From positions 63,116,001 to 63,180,000 of the forward strand of contig NC_043005.1 of the NCBI RefSeq assembly GCF_006345805.1: 64,000 nucleotides of DNA. The letters are read 5' to 3'. Below the pieces are notes generated by a model. It was not told the origin of the DNA. It saw only the letters and a list, made by a program, of their open reading frames with translations, and ran no database searches. Below, piece after piece: positions 11,293-22,526 of this stretch. A program made the translations under genes and the position numbers. This DNA comes from Octopus sinensis. Its lineage: Eukaryota. The stretch's first letter is position 1. Each line of letters starts with the position of its first letter.

Positions 11293-13005
11293 GATTTTAT
11301 TGTAAATTTTGTAAATTTTGTAAATTTCTGTGTAGCTTATAAAGTTTTACATATTCCTACTTGACTCATTTTTCAATACTATGAGCTCCACCATTCAGCA
11401 ACATACAACACTTATAACTCATGAAATCCTCTCATATTTTAAAATAAGATTTTGGAAATTAACTAAGAATAGACATGACTTTACTGCACCCAAAAACGAT
11501 TCTGCTAAAGATGGTTGAATGTATATAGATATGTGGATTTATTTGGAAATATAGTTCAATGGGGGCTACATGAAACAAAATTTATCTCCTGATAAATGTA
11601 TTCAATGAAATCTTTTTTTCTGAGAATTCTATTTGGATTATAAGGAAGCAAAAGAAATTTACTATCTTATTGTTTATTTGGTTATTTAACCATAGAAAGT
11701 TGATGATCCACTCAAAGTTTCTTTGATCAATGTGATACTTCAAGTGATAATAGGAATGAATGGATACATATCCATGTACTGTATATGATAACATGAAAGA
11801 CACACATTAATATTAGATGCACTCCAATTTCAGCAGTGCATATGCAGGAGAAATGATTTTTACTACATTAAAGCATGTAATATTGGCCCAACTTCACACA
11901 CAAGACACAGGATGATTTTTTTGAGGCATACATTTTGGGAAAAGAGATGTACTAGATACCATCAAATTCAGTGTGTGTATGCGCACACGTGTGTGTGCGT
12001 GTATGCGAGTGCATGTGTGTTTGTGTGAGTGTGAGATTCTGTATGTATATATATATATACAAATAAATACAAATACACAACAATGCTATATACATATAAA
12101 TATATACCTACCCACATATATGCACAATATTAATATGTTTGCATGTATGTATGTAGGTGTGTATGTGTGTGTGTATGTGTATGGGTGTAATCTCTTTGAC
12201 TGCCTATACATCTACTTATAAGTCTGTATGTCTATTCATGACTTATGCTGTAGGCCGATCTATGAAAACTATTCAACTAATTATTTACTATAAGCCTGAG
12301 GTTTAACTAAAAGCTTAACCAGTTTAATAGTGCAGACAAGATTTCATTCCTTACCTAGAGTTTTCTAGCTAAGCACTTCTATACTTTTATGATTACACAG
12401 CAATCTACCAATATTGGATGTTCACTAGCCCATAGTAGGATTACAAGCTTGCATCAATATCAGAATGAAGATTCTTTATTTTCAGGAAACTTTTAATTAG
12501 TAATTTCCAAAGAAAATGGAATTGAAACAGAATAGTACAGATGCTATGAAGCTAGAAATGTCTTATTCCATTATCGTTCTAAGCTCCAATTTCTTTATTC
12601 TATGAGAAAAGAAGAATGGTATCTTTTGTATTTAGACATTGTCTGGATACTTATGTAATATAAATATAGAATTTCAGAAAAAGTTTATGTTATATTACAG
12701 ACAATGCACAGAATATAGCAATACATGCTTTGAAAGTATTGGGATACAAGTAGTGAAAGATTACTAATGGATAAAATACTGCTATGTAATGGACGATATC
12801 TTAGATGTTACCTTTGACTTGATTTATATATGGAAAATGTTTTATGCAATGTTAACGAAATCTATCACCATCTTCGTCCTCCTCCCCATCATCGTCGTCA
12901 TCGTCGTCGTCATCATCATCCTCATTATCATGAGAGAGAGAAAGAGAGCAGTGAAAGGGACAGAATAGTTTTTATCCAAATCCTGACTACCTCCTTTTTC
13001 TTAAT

Positions 13006-13070
<65 letters not shown>

Positions 13071-13260
13071 AATACATACATAAATGCATGCATACATACA
13101 TACATACATACATACATACAACATCATCATCATCATCATCACCATCATTGTTGTCATCATCGTCATCATCATTGTCATCGTCGTCATCATCATTGTCGTC
13201 ATCGTCATCGTCGTCCTCCTCCTCCTCTTCCACCTCCTCCCCCACTTCTACCAGCAATAC

Positions 13261-13383
13261 CATCAATCACACATTTATTTGCAGCACAAGCCAATGAAGG
13301 TACTTCACTTTTTTTTTCTTGCAGTAGCTTATTCAGAAGAGGAAGGGTAGGATCCATGATCCTTTGCAGAACTTCTGAGTTTG
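13261..13383 (-). CDS. Candidate internal coding exon of an unidentified host gene (123 nt, phase 1-1)
   Basis: Acceptor TTCGTTCTTTTCAG, donor G|GTATTG, open frame NSEVLQRIMDPTLPLLNKLLQEKKSEVPSLACAANKCVID, not matching any repeat recognised here. No homology recognised. Confidence 0.3.
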
Positions 13384-13659
13384 CTGAAAAGAACGAAACC
13401 TGGCCTGAGTGCTTGCAACACAATGGACTTTGCTAAAAGTGTTTTCATGTTAAAACAATAAATTAAGCTGACCATTCAAAAACAAGAACGATCTTTCTCT
13501 AATGGGCTTCCAGATAGATGTTAACTTTCAACAGGTATCCCTCATGATGGTTAAGCACTTGCCCAAGGTTCCATGCAGTAGAACTGAATCCTAGACTGTG
13601 TGTTTTTGAAGTAAACTTCTTACCTTCAGAGCCATACCTGTTAGAAAAGCCAGACAAAT

Positions 13660-13880
13660 TTCTTACTTCTTTATTGCCCACAAGGAGCTAAACATAGAGG
13701 GGACAAACAAGGACAGACAAAGGGATTAAGTCGATTATATCGACCCCAATGCATACCTGGTACTTCATTTATCGACCCCAAAAGGATGAAAGGCAAAGTT
13801 GACCTCGGCGGAATTTGAACTCTGAATGTAACGGCAGACGAAATACTGCTAAGCATTTCGCCCGGTGTACTAACGTTTCT
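13660..13880 (-). mobile_element. SINE family B copy
   Basis: High similarity to 11070-11292 and 45962-46195. Confidence 0.8.
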
Positions 13881-13919
13881 GTCAAATAATCAAATAAGCC
13901 CCCACTGTGTTAAATATAG

Positions 13920-14420
13920 ATGGACATAGAAAGAGTAAGTGAGAGAGAGGAGGAGTGAGATAGAAAGAGAGAAAGAGAGAAAGGGATAAAGTGATAGTGA
14001 GAGAGTGAGAGAGAGGAAAGAGAGAAAGGGATTAGAGAGTGATAGTGAGAGGGTGAGAGAGAGAAAGAGAGAAAGGGATTAGAGAGTGAGAGAGAGTGAG
14101 AGAGACAAAGAATGAATGAGAGAGAAAGAGAGAGAGAAGGAGAGAGGGAGAAAGTGAGTGAGAGAGACAGAGAGTGAAAGACAGAGTGATAATAAGAGAG
14201 AGTGAGAGCAGGAGAAAGACAGTAAGAGTGAGTGAAAGAGAGAGTGATAGAGAATGAGAGAGAGAAAGAATGAGAGAGAAAGAGAGAGAGGGATAGAGAG
14301 TGATAGTGAAAGAGAGTGAGAGAGAAAAAAAAAGAGAAAGAGATAGAGAGTGATAGTGGAAGTGAAAGAGAGAGAGAGAAAAATGAAAGAGAAAGAGGGA
14401 TAGAGAGTGATAGTGAGAGA
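13920..14420. repeat. ~500-bp polypurine (GA-rich) degenerate tandem repeat
   Basis: Recurrent GAGAGAAAGAGAGAAAGGGAT and AGAGAGTGATAGTGA units; purine-rich on the + strand. Confidence 0.9.
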
Positions 14421-14484
14421 GATGGGGGCTGGAGTTGGGGATTCATAGCCTACTTCTAAGTCAGCATGTATAAAAATATCATCA

Positions 14485-14625
14485 TTGTTTAACATCCGTT
14501 TTCCATGCTAGCATGGGTTGGACGGTTCGACTGGGATCTGGGAAGCTAGGAGGCTGCACCAGGCTCCAGTCTGATCTGGTAGTGTTTCTACAGCTGGATG
14601 CCCTTCCTAACGCCAACCACTCTGA
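14485..14625 (-). mobile_element. RTE-type LINE 3' UTR fragment (family C)
   Basis: Matches the 3' UTR of the RTE ORF end at 56340-57090 (GGAAGGGCATCCAGCTGTAGAAAC..CCATGCTAGCATGGAAA..GATGATGAT). Confidence 0.8.
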
Positions 14626-15060
14626 AAAAGGAAGAGGAAAAACAAAACCAAGGCAAGATATGCTTATCAGATCATTTGACTTATTTTATGTATAATAATG
14701 GTGAATCAAGAATAAGCAAAAATAAATAATAATGTTGTTAATAGTGTCTTACAGGAACAAGATGAAATATGAACCTTAAACTTCATACTTTTCTCTACAT
14801 TGAATTTTCTATCTGCATCTCCACATATCAGCTTCCTACATATATACTTTGTCTCTGATGATGGAATACTCAGCAAATGGAAATGTGGATCAATGCATTG
14901 ATCTGTTACCTGGGATATCCCAGAAACAACTGTAAGACATTATTAACAATGTTATTATTTACTTTTGCTTACTTTGATTCACCATTACAATAATTAAAAT
15001 AATTCAAATGATCTGAAAAGCTTGTTCTGCATTGGTTTTGCTTTTTCTATTCATTTATTT
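14626..15060 (+). mobile_element. Short non-coding hammerhead-bearing foldback element (putative non-autonomous PLE derivative)
   Basis: Diverged inverted arms ~14626-14754 and 14930-15055, a central HHR, and a TA-rich tract at the right end. Confidence 0.7.
14850..14939 (+). ncRNA. Type I hammerhead ribozyme, intact core
   Basis: TGTCT CTGATGA TGG..CCA GAAA C AACT GTA^AGACA. 5-bp stem I UGUCU/AGACA. Stem II contains the perfect palindrome GATCAATGCATTGATC (14888-14903). Confidence 0.8.
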
Positions 15061-15159
15061 ATATATGTATATATATGTATATATGTGTATGTGTATGTAT
15101 GTGTATCTATCATCTACCTATCTATCTATCTATCTATCTATGTGTACATATCATCATCA

Positions 15160-15316
15160 TCATCATCATCATTGTTTAACATCCGCTTTCCATGCTAGCA
15201 CAGGTTGGACGATTCGACTGAGGACTGGTGAACCAGATGGCTACACCAGGCTCCAATCTGAACTGGCAGAGTTTCTACAGCTGGATGCCCTTCCTAACAT
15301 CAGCCACTCTGAGAGT
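15160..15316 (-). mobile_element. RTE-type LINE 3' UTR fragment
   Basis: (CAT)n tail plus a family C sequence match. Confidence 0.8.
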
Positions 15317-15327
15317 TAAGAAGGGCA

Positions 15328-16218
15328 TCTATATACTAAGATTGTGAATTCTGCAATGTGGTGCATAAATTGTGAAGTAAAGGAAAGGCATCTTTGCCTC
15401 CACTGATTCAGTTGCAAAGTGTTATTTTGAGTAAAGTTATTTGGTTGTAGATCTCCTTTGAGTCTTTTTATTATCACTGGGTCAGAGATAGTCTCCAGAT
15501 GGTAACATTGATTTCAAGGCCTTTGGTCATTGAAAGAGATTTATAGATTGCTAATTTATTCTGTTCAGTTACCTATTGGCAAACTCCAAAGGTGACACTT
15601 TCATTTCCCCTTAGCCTCATGTTACACGGTTGTTAGTGTTTATTTGAGTTGGGCCACACCCTTCCAATTGCTATAGATCCGTAATGCATCTTATAGCTCT
15701 GCCAATCACCTGTATATTGAGGAATCCTATATTGGGAGTGGTAACGACTAGGATAGGGTAGCTCACTGTTTATTGTGATCATTCGTCTTTTGGTTTCCTC
15801 TAGATTTGCTCTCTTTTACAAACTCAGTGGACATCCATATATTTCTGATTTCAAAGAAATTTGAGCAATATGAGACAAGTTAAAAAAGATTCCCAACAAT
15901 TCAAGTTCTCTGATTGACTTTAAGACCCCCCTAATAGGGGCCTTAACTCCCACATTTTAGAGCTTCATGTGCTCCATTTTTCAGGTGCAAAAACCTTTGA
16001 ATAGGTTTTATAGGATTTGGATTTTGGAATCTAGACATAAAGATGAGTAGTATGGGATAAAAATATCATGATTAAAATTTTTATTAGGGTGTGTAAAGAG
16101 GGAAAGAACCCTATTACAATTCTTAATCTCTAATTCTGATTAAATTCGAATCATAGGTATTCCAGTTCATTAGAGAAAATATAAAATGTGACATGGGCAA
16201 TACTGGGTATCTCTGCTA

Positions 16219-16219
<1 letters not shown>
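15328..16219 (+). mobile_element. Non-autonomous Helitron-like element
   Basis: A|TCTATATACT... 5' end and ...CTAG|T 3' end. Subterminal ATGGGCAATACTGGG is consistent with a CpG-decayed CCCGGGCAACGCCGGG hairpin. Confidence 0.6.
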
Positions 16220-16255
<36 letters not shown>

Positions 16256-16258
16256 TAG

Positions 16259-16290
<32 letters not shown>

Positions 16291-16298
16291 ATATAATA

Positions 16299-16351
<53 letters not shown>

Positions 16352-17958
16352 AAATACATCTTGTTAAAAGAAAAGTAGAATTGGTCATAGGTGGAGTATC
16401 ATTGATTATAGGTGGACCAGGGCTAATACGGCTTAAACAACAATAACAATAACTGTAATGTTTGTCTTAATTTACAAGAGCAGGAACCCCCTTTAGCTGA
16501 TATGAAGCCAGTACCATGCACATGAATCCTGTGAAGAGAAACAGTAGCAACAGTCAAATCTGTGCTCACTGTGAGGTAATTATTATTTTTTTTGTTTGTT
16601 TTCAACTGCTTATAAAATAGTCTTCTTTTCTTAGATACCAGAATACTTGAAAACATTTGGCTTGAATAAGACACACAACAATGGTGTTTAGATGAGAAAG
16701 TTTATGATGAGAAGAAGCATCTACGAGAGTCTTCATTGTTTAGATATGTTTTATACTACATGAGTAAAGAAAGATGATTGTTTATAGATGGTTTTTAATT
16801 TACTTTGTCGAATGCTTAATAGATTTATTAGGGTCCTTAGAATGTCAAAAATTAAAATTTTTATGGATCATTAATTTTTTCTCCTCTTCACAAATTACTT
16901 TTTCATTTTTGTAGATGCTTGAGTAATTCTTCAGCATAGCTTTACATGGATTATCAATCTCAGCAGCAAATTATTCATTTTTAGTCTTAAAACTGACAAA
17001 AGTGCTTTCAACACCATCATAATTCTTAGTTTAGGTTTGGTGAATATTAATTCTAGAAAAACACTCTTTAAACTTTTAATGACATAGTTTGAGAAAATGG
17101 TAATCTTGACATACCAGCTGCATTTTTATGTGTTGCTAGTTTACACCAAAATTTTGTTCAGGTCATAATGGTTTTCCACTCAAAACATTAGCAGTTTGCA
17201 TTGCTGGTTCTTTATTTCCCCAGTTTTAGATTAATCAACCAAAACTAAAAGAAGAGTTGCAAAAGATGGTTGAATGACTTAAACAAATTCTTGACGAAAA
17301 TTTTTGCAATCTTTTGAGTTGTTTCAATATTTCTAGGTACACAGTTCAAGAATTCTTTGTGCACATGTCTCAAAAATGCTTAGGCAAAATTTGTTTTAAC
17401 TAATCAAAAAGGTTAGAAAATTTACAGTGAAAGTCAATTTTTTCACAAGTTTCTTATTGTAATTCAGTACCTAAATTCATTTCATGACACATACTCTGAG
17501 AACGCAAACTTCTTCACATAGCGAGTGCAAAACTTCATGGTTAATCTAATATAGGCCTACTACAATGATCTTCGTTTTTTTGTTTTTTTTCCAGAACAGA
17601 AAATTGCTTTTGAGATTCAATTAACATAAATTTTCTAAATGCATATTGAGTATACAGCATGTAATTCCCTTGCAAAATAATTGTTGCAAGATGTCATTAA
17701 AAAATATATATATAATTTCACAAAGTTACTTCTCACTAAGCATCTTGTAGTTAAAAGAAGAACTGAATACACTGGTTCATCACTATCATTGACTAATTTA
17801 TAAATTTCGATGTAAAGTGAAGACTAATTCAGTCCTTACAACCCCACTAAGGGAAGCCTTTGCATAGTCAATCAGCATGTTAGAAATAATGGCCAAATAA
17901 TACCTCTCAATTCACCTAAGTACCTTTCAATTCGCATCCTGCCATGTTAAACAAACAG

Positions 17959-18551
17959 CAGGGCTGTCGCTAAGCCCCTGCAACTGCAGGGGTTACAGGG
18001 AGCCTCAGCAGTTGAGGGGCCCCATGTTAAGATCAAAGAATGTAGATGAGTCATCTATTTACCTTGGTTAAGATGTTGAACAATAATTAAACTATCTATG
18101 TTAACTGAAATTTCCAAGAAATAAAATGGTAATACATTGTACCTGCAAAAATTCTTATAAAAATATTACATTCTACCTCGAATGTGTACCAGACTTTGTG
18201 AATTGTCAACGATATCTATTGAACATGAATTTAACTCTCAACTTGACTATTCTGAACTGATTGATGATTTCACGAAGCAAAAAGTGCACTGTATTTGTCC
18301 TTGAACGTTACCTGGATTATAAAAGTGCTCTTTTATTCATATTTGGAAGTTTTACTTATTGAAATTTGTAAATTTAACTTGCTTTACTTTTAAAGACGTT
18401 GTTTAGGATAACGTGAAAGACTGAACTTCAGATAGAATAAAGTAAAATATAGGTTTGAATAAAAGGTGCATAGATTACGAATTTTGATTGACGGGATGGG
18501 GCCACAATGCAAAATTTGCTGGGGGCCTCTAACAGCCGCATGGTGGAGCTG
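17959..18551 (+). mobile_element. hAT-family remnant with transposase C-terminal dimerisation segment (18188-18304)
   Basis: TRLCELSTISIEHEFNSQLDYSELIDDFTKQK resembles the hAT C-terminus (RL..L..ISIE.E....LDY..LIDDF). CAGGGCTGTCGCTAAG left end; right end uncertain. Confidence 0.6.
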
Positions 18552-20584
18552 ACAAAGAGTGATACATTGAAAATATTAGGTAGCCTTCACTATCATAAAG
18601 ACTGTATTAGCAATAATTCATTAATAATTACTTGTCACAGCACTATCTATGGCAATAGTGTAACAGGTGATGAAACCTATCTCAAATTGCTACAGCAGTA
18701 CTACCTATCAGTGTTTTTCACCTGGGTTCAATCATTCTCTGATATGTGCAAAATTTATTACAATATGTTATTTATTAATTATTTATAAGGATAAAAATAT
18801 TTTGGATTTACAATTAATTTTAAACGATACTGAAATTTCATATTGAATTTATCTTACTTTTACTGTTAATCTTTTACTTGTTTTAGTCATAGGACTATAG
18901 CCATGTTGGGGTACCATCTTGAAGGGTTTGGTAAAGCAAATCAGCCCCAGTACCCAGTATATATGTTTCAAGTGTATAGATGGGTGAACTGAAGAGTTTT
19001 GCTCAAGAACACAATGAACCACTGGTCTAGGAATTGAAATCCTGATATTACAATCATGAGTGAAACACCCAAACCACTATGCCATGTACATTTAGAATAG
19101 TTATATATGGTCAGAAATTTTAGTGATTTTGCTCAACCAATTAGTTCAATTTTTATAAGTAGTTTATAAGTATGTTGTGGGTTTGAACCTGAAACTACAT
19201 AGTTCCAAAGGAAACTTCTTAACCGTACAACCGCGTATATGTAAATATGTATATATATATGTGTGTATTCTTTTATTCTGTTATATGTTTCAGTCCAATG
19301 ACTGTGGCCATAAGTATAAATGTATACACATGCACACACATATGTACACAGGCACACACACACATATATGTACACAGGCACACACACACACATCCATAGC
19401 TGTACAAATATGTATGTTTGTGTATGTGGTAGATCAGTATATTTTAGCAATTACTCTAGTCATTCATCCAACACAAACAACATATTGTCAAGCTGCTCAA
19501 GCAGTAAGATTTCTAATATGATTTTCCTTGAACATAAATGTAGACACACACATACACACACACACACACACACTCATACATTCACCTTCTCCCTACCAAA
19601 TTCTAAATCATAAATGATATAGACATTTAAATGATTTTGTGCAATAATGTATCAAATGACTTTTTTTTACTATGAGTGAAATAACTTCCTAAAGTTCGAC
19701 ATTTGCTGTCACATTTGGCAGTATCACAAAGAGTAAATCATCTCGTTTAAATCTTGAGGATACCGATCTATTTTCATAAAATTCCTGATACATCATACTT
19801 ACAGATTGGAATATCATGGGTAGTTTTTTTTTCTCTTTCACTTGTTTGTGTCATTATACATCCATATTTCCACTCCATTTTACAAAAGCTGAGTGTTTAT
19901 GCAACTCTTTTTCTACTTCAGTTAGTTGTTTGCATTTATGTAAATGGCTTTAAAAACGTGACTGTGAAGCGCATAAATGTTTGTTTCTGTGAAAAAGTGA
20001 TTGGGAAAGAGTGAAAGAGAGGAAGAGAGAAAGAGAGAGAGAGAGAGAACTACATGTGAGATCAGACAAGGTGAGAGAGGCTAGAACAAAAACACTGTGA
20101 AAAAAGAGTGAAATGATGAGCTGAAGCAAGTACATGAAAGGGTAGGTGAGCAGCAGTAAATATGAGAGACAGTGGAAAAGAGTTGTCTTGCCAAAAAGTA
20201 TAAGGAAGATTATAGAAACTGCAAGAAAAAAATAATAGTAATTTCTTACATGGATATAAATGCAGAAATTTGATGGAATGGAACGAGTTGATTGTATCAC
20301 CTTCAGTATTTGACTAACACTTTATTTTATCAACCTCAGTTTGTGACAGGTAATTGATTTTATAAGTCTCAGTATTTGACTGGCATTCTTTTTCAGCAAC
20401 CTCCAAGAGGTGGAAAGTAAAGTTGGCCTCAACAGAAGCTGAACTCAAGGTGCTGAAAAATAATAATGCTTGGGTAAAAGTCAATTTGGAAAAAGAGAAT
20501 GAGAGCAGTGTGAAAGAAGCATTATTGAAAAGTATAGTGCAAAAGACTGAGGAGATATTAACAAAGACATAGATATTAACATAA

Positions 20585-20990
20585 GTGTAGGAGTGGCTGT
20601 GGGGTAAGTAGCTTGATTATGAACCACATGGCTCCGGGTTCAGTGTAACTGTGTGGCACTTTGGGCAAGTGTCTTCTACTATAGCCTTGGGCCATCCAAA
20701 GCCTTGTGAGTGGATTTGATAGATGGAAACTGAAAGAAGCCCGTCGTATACATGTATATATATGTATGTGTGCGTATATGTTTGTGTGTCTGTGTTTGTA
20801 CCCCCCACCTTCTACTTGATAACCGATGCTGGTGTGTTTATGTCCCTGTAACTTAGCGGTTTGGCAAAAGAGACCGATAGAATAAGTACTAGGCTTACAA
20901 AGAATAAGTTCTGGGGTTTGCTTGACTAAAGGTGGTGCTCCAGCATGGCCACAGTCAAATGACTGAAACAAGTAAAAGAGTAAAGAGAAA
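20585..20990 (+). mobile_element. SINE family A, full length
   Basis: Same head, boxes and tail as 8246-8668. Confidence 0.85.
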
Positions 20991-21719
20991 GAAAAAGAGG
21001 TAGGAACTAAAAGAAAGCAAAAGAAAAAGGACAATATGGGAGGTAATCCTATAAGTCTGTTCTCTTCTCATATATAAATTAACTTTTTCTCACATCCTGC
21101 TTTGTTTTTACTATTTCTCAACGCTGACTATCATTACTAATTTTCTTGGATTCTACTTTTCACTTTGAATAATTATTTATTTTGATCTAGATAGAAGATC
21201 TAAAAATTTGAAAAAATACCTGCCTGCAATGTACTATTTGTGAAACAAGTGCTCTGATGTAACCCTTAATTCATAATATTTATTAACCTTTTCACATTTA
21301 AACCACCTATATCTGGTTCAATTATTCTACTTGTTTTATGTACAAACCAACCAAAATCTGGCCTCTGACACCTACCCTACAATATCATTCTGAAAATATA
21401 CAAACACATCAACAAAATTTTAAAGCTATGAAATATTGTATGATTAATCTCTAAGCAATATTAATAAATAAGTATTACATTTGACAGAGTAATCTGAATA
21501 CTAAATGCTGAAGATATAACATTTCTAAAACAACTCAATTTATGTTTTCAGTTGTGATAAAAGTGATGGCATTAGGAATGGTTTTAGGCTTCAATTCTAG
21601 ACATTTCAAGGGTTGAGTTCAGCTGGATTTTGTAACAGCAGAGAGGACATGTTCATGGTACATCCTGGCAGTAAATTCACTAAAGAGTATTTTATGTGAA
21701 AAGTCTCTCTTCTTTTATT

Positions 21720-21900
21720 TTAACCACATATGATGACTATTGTAGCTGGTGTCTCATGATGTTGGACTTCATGTTTTAGCTGTTGGCATTTTCTAGAACG
21801 GCATTGCTGGTGATGTAGTCCTCTCACTTGCTGATTAAAGTGGCATGGACGTTTTGCTAGTGGAAAGCCTCCAGTGTTTTGATCAAAATTAATTGTATCT
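21720..21900 (-). pseudogene. Old R4/RLE-type LINE remnant
   Basis: TGGFPLAK..NQQ..RKCQQLKHEVQH aligns loosely with EGFLIAAQDQ..NYQ..CRIC..ETINH at 25345-25710. Confidence 0.35.
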
Positions 21901-22483
21901 AAATTAACTGTAGGAATAAGGAGGTGAGGGTGATAGAGAGAGAAAGATATGAGAGTGTAAAAAGATGATAGGGTAAAGAGTAAAGAAGTGTCTGATAGAA
22001 GGAATGGGGGCTGATGGGTGATAGAGAGAGAGAGGTATGAGAATGTAAAGAGTAAAGGAGTGTCAGGTATGTAGTGATAGAGCATAAGTGAGGGGCAGAG
22101 AGAGGGAGTAGGGATAGTAAAATGGTGGAATGAAGAATTTGGGAATATAAGTCAGGTTAGTTAGAAGACAGGCCAGTGCTTAGTAGCAGAAGAATATATA
22201 TATATGAAGATGTATATACATGCATATATTAAACATGTATATAGATATTTATACATATCAACACTTACACATACAACACGTACTCCAATGTATATGTACA
22301 TATATACACCCATACATACATACACACACACACACACATACATACACACATATATGTATGCACACATATACACATGAATATAATTAAATGGTTGTCATAT
22401 TCGAGTATGAAAGAGGAATTAGATAGGGATTAGGAGTTAAATGGACCAAGATAGAGTATAGGGTATATTTGTATTTTTGAGAT

Positions 22484-22526
22484 GATGTATGTGGTTGGCG
22501 ATGTATGTGGTTGGTGATGTATGTGG
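22484..22526. repeat. 16-bp tandem repeat, ~2.7 copies
   Basis: GATGTATGTGGTTGG(C/T) repeated. Confidence 0.9.

Noticed and set aside
12345-12560. Strong minus-strand donor CTCTAG|GTAAGG
   Set aside because: All three frames have stops close to the donor.
16900-17560. Possible decayed hAT transposase
   Set aside because: Only scattered residues resemble the motifs; too many stops to support a call.
21720-22085. Apparent minus-strand exon with strong acceptor at 21907
   Set aside because: The peptide resembles a decayed R4-type LINE segment and the pyrimidine tract is a GA-repeat.
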